In this document: positions 51,109 to 60,654 of the stretch, piece by piece
Layout of the letters: each line of letters begins with the position of its first letter
How positions within the stretch are numbered: position 1 is the first letter of the stretch
Origin: Chitinophagales bacterium
GTDB lineage: Bacteria > Bacteroidota > Bacteroidia > Chitinophagales > BACL12
Length of the DNA stretch: 60,654 nt
NCBI GenBank assembly: GCA_036734545.1
Contig: DAIMYJ010000002.1
Coordinates: forward strand, 1-60,654
Reading direction: 5' to 3'
Notes under the pieces: model-generated
The model's database searches: none
What the model was told of the DNA's origin: nothing
The model's input: the letters and a program-made list of their open reading frames with translations, nothing else
Translations under genes and position numbers: made by a program

Positions 51109-52041
51109 ATGCTCAAAAAGGTATTGACGACAGTTTGTTCGACAGGCCTTGTGTTGCTGTTGCTCACCACACACACACAAGCACAGCCCATAACGCTCTC
51201 GCGTGAATTTGGGGCTAATCTGGGCTTTTCCAGCTTTTTGGGGGATCTGGGTGGTTCCAACGATATCGGCCGACCCTTCTTTTGGGATATCGATCCGGAA
51301 GTTACCCGTCCGGCCCTCGGAATTGTTTTCAGACAGGAGATCATTCCCAGAACCGCTTTCCGTTTCAACGCGTATGCCAGTATGCTGCGCGCCAATGATG
51401 CACTGACCCAGAATGAGTGGCGCAATTGGCGTAACGCCAGCATGCGCACTCCCATTGTGGAAGTGTCCGGTATGATCGAATTGAGTGCGAATCGATTTAC
51501 CGGGATGCGGAAGAAGCGCTGGACGCCTTATATCTATGGTGGCGTGGGCGGATTTTATTTTAATCCGCAGGCACAATACAATGGCGAATGGGTGGATCTG
51601 CAGCCGCTGGGTACGGAGGGACAGGGTTTACCTGAATATCCTGATCGTAAAAAGTATTCACGTATTGCCGTTTGCTTTCCGGTTGGTGCCGGATTCAGGG
51701 TGCTGACCTATAATAACTGGGTAATGGGATTTGAAATGGCCGCCCGTTTCACAACCACGGATTATATCGATGACGTAAGTTCATACTATCCTAACCCGGA
51801 TTATTATTATCTGCATTATGATCTGGAAACAGCAGCGATGGCTGCTGCATTGTCAAACCCTGCCGTATTGCCTCCGCCGGTTGACAGTCCGCTTTGGGGA
51901 GCTCCGGAAACACTGAAGGGAGACCCATCGAATAATGACAGTTATATTTTTGGCGGCATGCTCACCTTTACCTATCACATGGAATTCAAGCGTAAGGTGA
52001 ACAATATTCGTTGTTATTTCAACGATGAAAGTAAGCGCTGA
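51109..52041 (+). CDS. Putative outer-membrane beta-barrel protein (DUF6089-like)
   Basis: 310 aa. Signal peptide ending THTQAQ, alternating beta-strand-like segments and aromatic-rich loops. The family name is recalled, not verified. Confidence 0.5.
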   Translation: MLKKVLTTVCSTGLVLLLLTTHTQAQPITLSREFGANLGFSSFLGDLGGSNDIGRPFFWDIDPEVTRPALGIVFRQEIIPRTAFRFNAYASMLRANDALTQNEWRNWRNASMRTPIVEVSGMIELSANRFTGMRKKRWTPYIYGGVGGFYFNPQAQYNGEWVDLQPLGTEGQGLPEYPDRKKYSRIAVCFPVGAGFRVLTYNNWVMGFEMAARFTTTDYIDDVSSYYPNPDYYYLHYDLETAAMAAALSNPAVLPPPVDSPLWGAPETLKGDPSNNDSYIFGGMLTFTYHMEFKRKVNNIRCYFNDESKR

Positions 52042-52050
52042 TACCGGTTG

Positions 52051-52824
52051 TTATTCTGCGACTCCGGTTTGACCTTCCTCTGAATCTTCTTCCATTTCAT
52101 TCCAGATGTCCCAGGCATATTCAGCCTGCAGTTGCAGCATGGCATATCCATTGGACACCTTCGCACCCTGTGCACGTCCTTTTTGCATAAAGACCGTTTC
52201 GGCGGGATTGTAGATCAGGTCGAAAAGCAGGTGATCGGGGGAAATATGTTCGTAAGGCAGCGGCGGAAAATCTTCTATATGCGGATGCATGCCCAGCGGT
52301 GTAGTGTTGATGATCAGTGTATGTGCACGCATCATTTCGGCTGTTATATCCGCATAACTGATGGCGTATTTGCCGGCAGTACGTGAAACGATAGTGGCAG
52401 CTATACCTAATTCCTGCAGGGCATACAATACGGCCTTGGAAGCACCTCCTGTTCCCAGTACCAGCGCCCGGGTGTGCTGACGCAGCAGCAGTGGCTTCAG
52501 CGCATCGCGAAAACCGGCATGATCCGTATTGAATCCGATACGCTGGATCTCGTCGATGCGAATACAATTCACTGCACCGATCTTCTGGGCAATAGGATCC
52601 AGACCGTCGAGATATTCGATAACGGATTCTTTGTAGGGAATGGTCACATTGAGTCCGCGCAGATCCTTCTGCACCTCGAACAGCAATCTGACATCTTCGA
52701 TATTCTCCAGCGGGAACAATTCGTAACTGCAACCGGTGATGCCTTCGCGCTCAAATTTTTGTGCAAAATATTTTTCCGAGAAGGAGTGACTCAGCGGATA
52801 ACCGATCAGCCCGAATTTTCTCAT
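52051..52824 (-). CDS. aroE: Shikimate dehydrogenase
   Basis: 257 aa. GLIGYPLSHSFS N-terminal motif, NVTIPYK, and the GTGGASKA nucleotide-binding loop. Confidence 0.9.
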   Translation of the reverse strand: MRKFGLIGYPLSHSFSEKYFAQKFEREGITGCSYELFPLENIEDVRLLFEVQKDLRGLNVTIPYKESVIEYLDGLDPIAQKIGAVNCIRIDEIQRIGFNTDHAGFRDALKPLLLRQHTRALVLGTGGASKAVLYALQELGIAATIVSRTAGKYAISYADITAEMMRAHTLIINTTPLGMHPHIEDFPPLPYEHISPDHLLFDLIYNPAETVFMQKGRAQGAKVSNGYAMLQLQAEYAWDIWNEMEEDSEEGQTGVAE

Positions 52825-53480
52825 GACTGCGCAGCGTTTTTACTTTTGCGGGAGCGGTACATCTCGATGAAGATCGGCAGCACTGAGATCAGGATGATGG
52901 CGAGTACCACGGTCTCGAAGTTCTCTTTGACAAACGGATTTTGTCCGAATACAAATCCCAGCACGGTGATGGAAGGAATCCATAAGACCGCACCGATAAC
53001 ATTATAACTGAAGAATTTTTTATAGGTCATGGTGCCCATACCTGCCACAAAGGGGGCGATGGTGCGCACAATAGGCACGAAGCGAGCCAATACAATGGTT
53101 TTGGCGCCATACTTCTCATAAAAAGCATGGGTCTTGTCCAGGTGTTCTTTTTTTAGGATCGGTTTACCCCTGAACTTCAGTTTAAGTGCATGTTCGCCAA
53201 AGTACTTGCCAATAAAATAATTACTGGCATCACCCAGCACGGCGGCGACGAACAGCAATGGAATAAGGAACCAGATATTCAGTGCACCGATCGCGCAGAA
53301 GGTGCCGGCAGCGAACAAAAGGGAGTCGCCGGGCAGCCATGGCCAAATCACGATACCGGTTTCAATGAAAATGATGGCGAATAGGATCAGGTAGATCCAA
53401 TTTTGATACTGGTCTATCCATGCAGCCAGATATTGATCCAGGTGCAGGAAAGTATCGATGAACGAATGAATAAGATCCAT
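52821..53480 (-). CDS. DedA-family (SNARE-associated/VTT domain) membrane protein
   Basis: 219 aa. FIETGIVIWPWLPGDSLLF and ARFVPIVRTIAPFVAG motifs are typical of DedA. 4-nt overlap with aroE. Confidence 0.88.
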   Translation of the reverse strand: MDLIHSFIDTFLHLDQYLAAWIDQYQNWIYLILFAIIFIETGIVIWPWLPGDSLLFAAGTFCAIGALNIWFLIPLLFVAAVLGDASNYFIGKYFGEHALKLKFRGKPILKKEHLDKTHAFYEKYGAKTIVLARFVPIVRTIAPFVAGMGTMTYKKFFSYNVIGAVLWIPSITVLGFVFGQNPFVKENFETVVLAIILISVLPIFIEMYRSRKSKNAAQS

Positions 53481-53489
53481 CCTCCGGAA

Positions 53490-54248
53490 TTATTTCAGGA
53501 AGTGATGGAAGGTGTCGCCACGCAAACCTAATCGCAGGGTTTCCAGCGGGATCACTTCGTTTGGCGGAATATTACCCAGGTTCACATTAGAGCCCAGCAG
53601 CTTGATGAAATAGACCTGCTGACCTTTGAGCGGCGCTTCCCAGATGATCTTCTCCTGGGGTACCTTGGTTAGGATCTCATCGATGAGGTCGCTGCGCACT
53701 TCGCCTTTGCTGTGATAGATGCCTACGGTGCCGCTTTCGCGTGCTTCGGCGATCACTTTGTAGCTGCCTGCCTCGATCTCTTTCTGCATGAGCTCGATCC
53801 ACTTGTAAGGAGCGAGGATCTTGTTCTCATCTTTGGAGCCCACCTCACTCAACACGGTCACGTGTTTGGAAAGTCGGCTGATATAGGCACACTTCTCATC
53901 ATGCTCAAGGTCGATGGAGCCATCACTCACCTCGGCATATTCCATCTTATAGGTATCGAGCAGCCGGAGATAGTCGTCGAACTGTCCGCGCACCAGAAAT
54001 GCTTCGAACAGTGTTCCACCAAAGTAGCACGGTATGCCGGCCTGCTTATAAACAGCGATCTTTTTTTCGATGTGTGGAGTTACGAATGCGGTACCGAATC
54101 CAAGCTTGATCAGATCGATATAGGGTTCGGAAACGGAAAGCATATCTTCTGCTTCCCGAACACTCAGGCCTTTGTCCATCACCATGGTAAGACCTTCTTT
54201 CCTGGGCTTCGCGGAGCGTTCAGGGAGTTGATTCAATGTAAAGTTCAT
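53490..54248 (-). CDS. (2R)-phospho-3-sulfolactate synthase (ComA) family protein
   Basis: 252 aa. RSAKPRKEGLTMVMDKGL and YIDLIKLGFGTAFV match the ComA-family pattern (KPR..GLT..DKG; K.GWGTS-like). Confidence 0.75.
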   Translation of the reverse strand: MNFTLNQLPERSAKPRKEGLTMVMDKGLSVREAEDMLSVSEPYIDLIKLGFGTAFVTPHIEKKIAVYKQAGIPCYFGGTLFEAFLVRGQFDDYLRLLDTYKMEYAEVSDGSIDLEHDEKCAYISRLSKHVTVLSEVGSKDENKILAPYKWIELMQKEIEAGSYKVIAEARESGTVGIYHSKGEVRSDLIDEILTKVPQEKIIWEAPLKGQQVYFIKLLGSNVNLGNIPPNEVIPLETLRLGLRGDTFHHFLK

Positions 54249-54329
54249 TGATACTATTCAAATGGTAAACGCCGCAAAAATACGCAAATACAGGCAGTTT
54301 TTACCGCTATTACGGCTCAGATGCAGATA

Positions 54330-55742
54330 TCAGTTCGAGCCGAACTGATGGATGATCTTTTGGAAGGCCGGTAACATCGCGATCTCCTGACTGGCTTCAT
54401 ACAGGATGGTATGACGGGCATAGTCGAGACTGAGGGCATGTTCAAGCAGGATCAGTGCACTCCGCATATCCCCCAGCGCAGCAGATGCCACACTTTGCAG
54501 GTAGTAGAATTCAGCGTAATGACCACAGCGACGTATCGCAGCATCCGACACCTCTACGGCTTTCTCATACTGCTGCACCTCGAACAGGTAGATCAGGTAA
54601 TCGAGCCAGTAGTTGAGGATGTCGGGCCTTGCCTGCACCAGCATATACATGTGTTCCAGCACTTCCTCCTCGCGATCCAGCATTTTGTAGATGCTGATGA
54701 TCGTGCAGATGTAATCCTCATTGGTCTCATCCAGATGAAGCGCTTTTTTATAGTTCACCAGGGCAGGGTCAAGTCGTTCCTCCATGCGGTAGGTTTCCCC
54801 GATGCGGAAGAAGGCCTCATGCATGTAAGGATCCTGACGGGCGGCCTTGCGGTAGTGGAAGCGCGCCGAACGGTAGTTGCTGAGACGCTCATAACACAAA
54901 CCTATGCGGAAACTGTAGTCTTCATACCCGATGGACTTCTCATGGGCTGTTTCGAACATGGCAATGGCCTTTTCGAATTGCTCCATGCGATAGTATATGT
55001 CGGCGGCATCCCGGTATACGAGGTCGAACATCTCCTCAATGGCCATTACGTATTCAAAGGCTTCCATCGCCTTCTCATAGAGCCCCAGCCCAACATATGC
55101 TCTGCCCAGGTTATACCAGGCAAGCCAGGCGTAAGGGTCTTTGTCGATGATCTCGGTGTGCAGGGCCACACTTTCGTCATAGCGGTCGGTCATATCTACG
55201 ATATGCGCCAGCTTGTGCAGGGCCTCTTCACTGGATGGGTTGTATTTCAGCGCCTTGGCCAGTGCTTCAAAGGCCTTGCCGAACTGCTCCTGGATCTCAT
55301 AGATGTCGCTGAGTTCGGCATAGATAGAGTCTTTGTCCGAATTGTCGGCGATCGCCAATGCCTCCTGCAATACAGCTTCGGCCTCCTCGATGCGGTTTTG
55401 TTCTACGTAGATGTCGGAACGAATGAGGTAAATGTCTACCTCGCGGCTGTCGAACATCTGTGCTTTATCCAGTGATTCCAGAGCCTCTTTATATCGTTTG
55501 CGGGTCAGCAGGAACTCGGCCTTGCGCACCAGAAAGTCGGTGCTGAAAGGGTTTTGCTGCAAGGCAAGGTCAATAACGGCCTCCTCGCGCTCCGGGAGGT
55601 TGCGGTTCTCGTAATACTCGAGCAGCATCTCCAGCCCTTCCTCATCCGCATAAAAATATTCGTTGGTCTGCAGATACCGCTCAAACTGTTCGATCAGCGC
55701 CGCGATATCTGCTCCATTGTAGTCGTTGTGCTCGTACTCCAT
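54330..55742 (-). CDS. Tetratricopeptide-repeat protein
   Basis: 470 aa. About 10 recognisable 34-aa TPR-like units (A/Y/L periodicity, e.g. AWYNLGRAYVGLGLYEKAMEAFEYV). Confidence 0.8.
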   Translation of the reverse strand: MEYEHNDYNGADIAALIEQFERYLQTNEYFYADEEGLEMLLEYYENRNLPEREEAVIDLALQQNPFSTDFLVRKAEFLLTRKRYKEALESLDKAQMFDSREVDIYLIRSDIYVEQNRIEEAEAVLQEALAIADNSDKDSIYAELSDIYEIQEQFGKAFEALAKALKYNPSSEEALHKLAHIVDMTDRYDESVALHTEIIDKDPYAWLAWYNLGRAYVGLGLYEKAMEAFEYVMAIEEMFDLVYRDAADIYYRMEQFEKAIAMFETAHEKSIGYEDYSFRIGLCYERLSNYRSARFHYRKAARQDPYMHEAFFRIGETYRMEERLDPALVNYKKALHLDETNEDYICTIISIYKMLDREEEVLEHMYMLVQARPDILNYWLDYLIYLFEVQQYEKAVEVSDAAIRRCGHYAEFYYLQSVASAALGDMRSALILLEHALSLDYARHTILYEASQEIAMLPAFQKIIHQFGSN

Positions 55743-55876
55743 GTAAACAAATCAATGTTTTTGGTGCTAATTAGGTTCCGGGGGGCCAAAAATCGGACAG
55801 TTTTGTAACAAATTAACGTTTTCCTACATATATAGGGCAAACACCTTACCCTTATCTTTACCCTAAAATAGACTGC

Positions 55877-58800
55877 ATGAAACGATTCCTGCCTCTCCTC
55901 AGCCTGCTTGTTTTGCTCAAGTTACATCATTCTGCCTATGCCCAGCAAACAGGTTATTGGCAACAACATGTGGATTACGAGATCAATGTGGTCCTGGACG
56001 ACGTCAAACATGCACTGGACGGCAGTTTAGCCATTCGCTACACCAACAACTCCCCCGACGTGCTGTCGGAGATCTGGATACACCTGTGGCCGAACGCCTA
56101 TAAGGATAATTCTACCGCCTTCGCCCGCCAGAAGCTGGAGCAGCGGAGCACGCGCTTCCGTTTCGCCACGGATGAGGAGCGGGGCTATATCGATAACCTC
56201 AATTTTAAGGTGAACGGCGAATCGGTAACACTCACGTATGATGCAGAAAATCCGGACATCGCCCGGCTCACCCTGAACCAACCGCTGCAACCGGGACAAA
56301 CCATCAATATCAAATCCACCTTCCATGTGCAGCTGCCGTATTGCTTCAGCCGACTGGGGCATGTTGGTCAGCAATATCAGATCACGCAATGGTATCCTAA
56401 GCCGGCAGTATATGACAGCAAAGGATGGCATCCGATACCCTATCTTGATCAGGGAGAATTTTACAGCGAGTTCGGTAATTTCCATGTGTATATCACCGTA
56501 CCGAAGAATTATGTGGTAGGTGCGAGCGGTGACCTGCTCACCCAATCGGAAGTGACGTGGCTGGATAGTTTGTCTGCCGTTACTATGACCAAGGATTTCA
56601 GCGAGCCGAACATGGAATTTCCGCCCTCTTCATCCGCTACCAAGACACTGGAATATGTATTAAAGGATGCACATGATTTTGCCTGGTTCGCCGATAAACG
56701 ATTCAATGTGATAAGAAGCAGTGTTACACTGGCGGAATCTGAACGCGTGATCACGACTTATGCCTATTTCCCGGATAAGTATGGCAAAGAATGGATCAAG
56801 GCAGCTGATTATGTGGGCAGGGCAGTGGCTTTTTATTCCGACAACGTGGGAGAATATCCATGGAATACCGCGCAGGCTGTTGACGGAACGCTTGAAGTGG
56901 AAGGCGCCGGTGGTATGGAATATCCGACTATCACGGTGATCGCCGGCGGCATGGATGCCGAAGGATTGGATAATGTGATCACCCACGAAGTAGGCCACAA
57001 CTGGTTCTATGGCATACTCGGCAGCAACGAGCGTGAACACGCCTGGATGGATGAAGGGATCAATTCCTTTTACGAGAACCGATACATGTCTACCTACTAT
57101 GTGAGAGAAAATGTATTGGGCATCCCTCCGCAGGCTGTCGCATTTTTCGGCGGCGATACTTCCTCTGTGGATCAGACCATCTGGCAATTCAACCAGGTGA
57201 TGCAGTGTCAAAATAAATTTCAACCGGTGGATGTGCATGCCACCGAATACACACAGATCAATTATGGACTCGTGGTGTATATGCAAACGGCCTATTATTT
57301 CCGGTATCTGGAGGATGTGCTCGGCAAAGAAGAATTTGACCGCATCATGCGCAAGTATTATCGGGAATATCAATTCAAACATCCTTACCCCGATGATCTG
57401 CAGAATTTGTTTGAACAGGAGACCGGCGAATCATTTGCCTGGTTCTTTGATCAATTGTTGACAGATGACCGCGGTCCGGATTACAAAGTGCATAATCTGC
57501 AAAAAGGAAAAACGGCGATGGCGGTCACCGTGACCAATAATTCACCGATCGCCGCACCTTTTTCCATTGCCTTGCTGAAAGGAGATTCTGTGCTGCGTAC
57601 CGACTGGTATCGCGGATTCACCGGCAGTCAGACCATATATCTCAACATCACAAGCGGTTGGGATGTTACGCATGTGCAGCTCGATCATCGCAAGTATGTG
57701 CCGGAGACCAATCGCGAGAACAACACCATCCGCACATCCGGTTTGTTCAAGACCGTAGAACCCCTGCAGTTGAAAATGTTTGGCGTTGGAGCGGATGACC
57801 CTACACGCACGACCATCGGATTTGCACCACTGGTTGGATGGAATAATAATGATCGCTGGATGCTGGGTCTGGGTTTTTGGAATTCCACGCTGCCCACGCC
57901 GATGCTTGATTACGTTGTAGCACCCATGTATAGTATTTATTCCGGCGAACTGGTAGGGCAGGGGAGTGTAGGATTCAACCTGTATCCCGATAACGGCTTG
58001 TTTGATCGTATCCGTTTATCAGAAAGCATTTCGCGCTATACATTCGATCAGTTTACCATCAGTCCGCTCAACGAAGAGTCTGTGGTCTATCATCCGCAGT
58101 TCCTCAAGTTGCAGACACAACTGGAATTGGATCTGCATCAAAAGCAACTGCGTAAACAATTGACACAGCGTATCATTTTGCGCAGTGTTTATGTGCAGGA
58201 AGATGATCAGTTGCTGGTATTTGATCAAACCGGTGATCTTGTTGAAACACTAGCGGATGACCATATGGCATTTGAAGGCCGGTATGTGCTTACACGCCGA
58301 CATACTTTATTCCCGCACAAGCTGGATGCAGTAGTGACAGCCGGAGAAGATTTTGCTCGCGCATCGCTGACCTACCAGACGAAGCTGCATTATCCGCGTA
58401 TGGATAAAGGCGTTTCGGTGCGTTTGTTCGCGGGAGCATTCCTGACCGATGCACCCGGTGATGACCGCTGGTATTATTCACTGGCGGGACCAAACGGACA
58501 GTATGATCCGATGTATGATCATATCTATCTGGGAAGGAATACCGGTGAAGGTTTTGTGGGGAGACAGATGGCCATGCAGTATGGATTTTTCAAAGTACCG
58601 GCTTTCGGTTCCGCATTTACATCAGGGAATTACCTCACGGCTGCAAACCTGCAGTTCGCTATCCCCAAAGTGCCACTGGTGCAGTTGTTTGCCGATCTGG
58701 GATATTTGGATGCGCCCGGTTTGACAGAATCCTTCCAGTATGATGCCGGCGTGATGGTCACTCTGCCGCTGGATATTTTTGCCGTCTACTTCCCGCTCGT

Positions 58801-58921
58801 CATGAGTGCAGACCTCAGCAACGCGTTTGCCGTGGATGCGCCCTATGGAGAGAAGATATCCTTTATGCTCAATCTCAATACCGGAAATGTATTTGAATTG
58901 ATGCGGAAACTGGGGTTGTGA
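55877..58921 (+). CDS. M1-family (aminopeptidase N-like) zinc metallopeptidase with a long C-terminal extension
   Basis: 1014 aa with a signal peptide. GAGGMEYP (GxMEN-like), HEVGHNWFYG and WMDEG (HExxH-x18-E). Confidence 0.85.
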   Translation: MKRFLPLLSLLVLLKLHHSAYAQQTGYWQQHVDYEINVVLDDVKHALDGSLAIRYTNNSPDVLSEIWIHLWPNAYKDNSTAFARQKLEQRSTRFRFATDEERGYIDNLNFKVNGESVTLTYDAENPDIARLTLNQPLQPGQTINIKSTFHVQLPYCFSRLGHVGQQYQITQWYPKPAVYDSKGWHPIPYLDQGEFYSEFGNFHVYITVPKNYVVGASGDLLTQSEVTWLDSLSAVTMTKDFSEPNMEFPPSSSATKTLEYVLKDAHDFAWFADKRFNVIRSSVTLAESERVITTYAYFPDKYGKEWIKAADYVGRAVAFYSDNVGEYPWNTAQAVDGTLEVEGAGGMEYPTITVIAGGMDAEGLDNVITHEVGHNWFYGILGSNEREHAWMDEGINSFYENRYMSTYYVRENVLGIPPQAVAFFGGDTSSVDQTIWQFNQVMQCQNKFQPVDVHATEYTQINYGLVVYMQTAYYFRYLEDVLGKEEFDRIMRKYYREYQFKHPYPDDLQNLFEQETGESFAWFFDQLLTDDRGPDYKVHNLQKGKTAMAVTVTNNSPIAAPFSIALLKGDSVLRTDWYRGFTGSQTIYLNITSGWDVTHVQLDHRKYVPETNRENNTIRTSGLFKTVEPLQLKMFGVGADDPTRTTIGFAPLVGWNNNDRWMLGLGFWNSTLPTPMLDYVVAPMYSIYSGELVGQGSVGFNLYPDNGLFDRIRLSESISRYTFDQFTISPLNEESVVYHPQFLKLQTQLELDLHQKQLRKQLTQRIILRSVYVQEDDQLLVFDQTGDLVETLADDHMAFEGRYVLTRRHTLFPHKLDAVVTAGEDFARASLTYQTKLHYPRMDKGVSVRLFAGAFLTDAPGDDRWYYSLAGPNGQYDPMYDHIYLGRNTGEGFVGRQMAMQYGFFKVPAFGSAFTSGNYLTAANLQFAIPKVPLVQLFADLGYLDAPGLTESFQYDAGVMVTLPLDIFAVYFPLVMSADLSNAFAVDAPYGEKISFMLNLNTGNVFELMRKLGL

Positions 58922-59013
58922 ATGGTGAATGGTGAATGGTGAGTGGTGATGTCTATAGGTATCCGGATGCGTTTCTCATCCCGGATATCTCATTCCTCAT
59001 CTCTCATCCCTCA
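58919..59013. repeat. Symmetric intergenic element: (TGARTGG)x5 on the plus strand - hairpin - (TGAGRNA)x4 on the minus strand
   Basis: Plus-strand TGA at 58919/26/33/40/47, the first being the M1 peptidase stop. Plus-strand TCA at 58990/97/59004/11 is minus-strand TGA, the last being the stop of the 59011..59625 gene. Central hairpin TATCCGG(58960-66)/CCGGATA(58981-87). Confidence 0.9.
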
Positions 59014-59625
59014 TTTCTTCGCATACTTCCAATTCCTTCCCTTTCCTTCGCTGATCATGCGTATGCTTTCTGAGATGCGGCGGTTGCGGGTGGGTTCGGT
59101 TTTGGCTTCGTTGATCCAGGTGATGTATTCTTTTTTGTGACTGGCCGAGAAGGCATTCCACACTTCCAGTGCGATCGCATCAGCTTTCAATGCCTGAGTA
59201 AAAGACGGATGCGGTTTGAGCGGTTGTGCCGGTTTGGCGGCCGGTGCTTTGGGCAGTTTGATACCCTGCTCATTGAGCTGCATCGCTTCTTTTATCCAAC
59301 CCCGTATCTTTTTATCACTCGGGAGGTCTTTGATAGAGGTGAGCTTTCCCAAATGGCCCATGGCAGATTCAGACTGCGCATTGGCCATCAGGATGGGGTC
59401 CTTGATGAGCGGGGCCTTCCAGAAGCCCATCACCGCGTGTTTTTTGAAGGCGGCCATATGGCACAGCATATCGCCTTTATAGTCGAAAAACGGCATCCCC
59501 CATTTGATCTTTTCCTCGGCTTCCGGGCAGGTGCTGTGGACGAGCTCACGGATGTGTATAAGGATGGGTTGCGCGAATGGTTGTGCGTTGAGGATGTATT
59601 GGTCTACAGCGCTTATCCTGGCCAT
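59011..59625 (-). CDS. DUF1801 (YdhG-like) plus YdeI/OmpD-associated domain protein
   Basis: 204 aa. N-terminal half (IRELVHSTCPEAEEKIKWGMPFFDYKG) resembles DUF1801. C-terminal KKEYITWINEAKTEPTRNRRI resembles the YdeI family. Confidence 0.65.
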   Translation of the reverse strand: MARISAVDQYILNAQPFAQPILIHIRELVHSTCPEAEEKIKWGMPFFDYKGDMLCHMAAFKKHAVMGFWKAPLIKDPILMANAQSESAMGHLGKLTSIKDLPSDKKIRGWIKEAMQLNEQGIKLPKAPAAKPAQPLKPHPSFTQALKADAIALEVWNAFSASHKKEYITWINEAKTEPTRNRRISESIRMISEGKGRNWKYAKK

Positions 59626-59705
59626 GTTTCAGAGGTTTTGCGATGAACAAATGTAAGGCTTCAGATCGGTACCCGGAGGTACAGATAGCACAACCCGAAA
59701 TTGGG

Positions 59706-59713
59706 TAACTTTG
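59706..59713 (+). promoter_or_regulatory. Candidate -7 promoter box (TAACTTTG) for the aldehyde dehydrogenase gene
   Basis: TAnnTTTG match 18 nt upstream of the ATG at 59732. Confidence 0.5.
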
Positions 59714-59731
59714 CGGAATAAATCAATATCA

Positions 59732-60654
<923 letters not shown>

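Noticed and set aside
54411-55475. 354-aa plus-strand ORF antisense to the TPR gene
   Set aside because: The minus-strand product shows regular 34-aa TPR periodicity over 470 aa, whereas the plus-strand product is low-complexity (V/H/L/F-rich). Only the TPR frame is credible.

Overview
This 60.6-kb window looks like core chromosome from a Bacteroidota genome, possibly Chitinophagia/Sphingobacteriia-like, with roughly 50-57% GC by eye. Four things support that placement. There are three cargo genes with type-IX-secretion C-terminal domains. Start codons have A-rich, Shine-Dalgarno-less upstream regions. TAnnTTTG '-7' promoter boxes recur. The gene order rpsU - xer-like recombinase - hpf - tRNA(Thr,Tyr,Gly,Thr) - tuf - tRNA-Trp - secE - nusG - rplKAJL - rpoBC is the classic Bacteroidota arrangement.

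Gene content is about 50 protein genes and 6 tRNAs.
- Housekeeping: fabI, icd, ruvB, apt, aroE, tuf, ribosomal proteins, rpoB/rpoC.
- Transport and energy: two APC permeases, an NSS/SNF Na+ symporter, a membrane pyrophosphatase.
- Envelope genes: a BatA_N-domain protein, a DHOase-like protein, DUF4199, GT2, GT4, a second GT2 with a WecE-like aminotransferase, an L,D-transpeptidase, and outer-membrane beta-barrels.
- Secreted peptidases: a thermolysin-clan T9SS protease and an M1 peptidase.

I found no CRISPR array, rRNA, transposase, prophage or recognisable defence operon, and I cannot support a novel multi-gene protein system here.

The most unusual material is non-coding:
- A gene-free island of about 0.8 kb (22.5-23.3 kb) lies between two convergent terminators and is built from strictly phased 7-nt and 8-nt repeat modules.
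- A related, symmetric array of TGA-phased heptamers (58.92-59.01 kb) starts exactly on the stop codons of two convergent genes.
- A tandem plus inverted repeat lies at 10.5-10.65 kb.

Other points worth a second look:
- A 47-codon MetS-like ORF overlaps the stop of the NSS transporter and is absent from the ORF track.
- The dihydroorotase homologue has lost its metal and catalytic residues.
- An end-truncated ALDH7-like gene at the 3' edge is also missing from the ORF track.

All coordinates of RNA structures and promoters were derived by eye and are approximate. Protein family calls rest on recognisable motifs and recalled family knowledge, not on searches.
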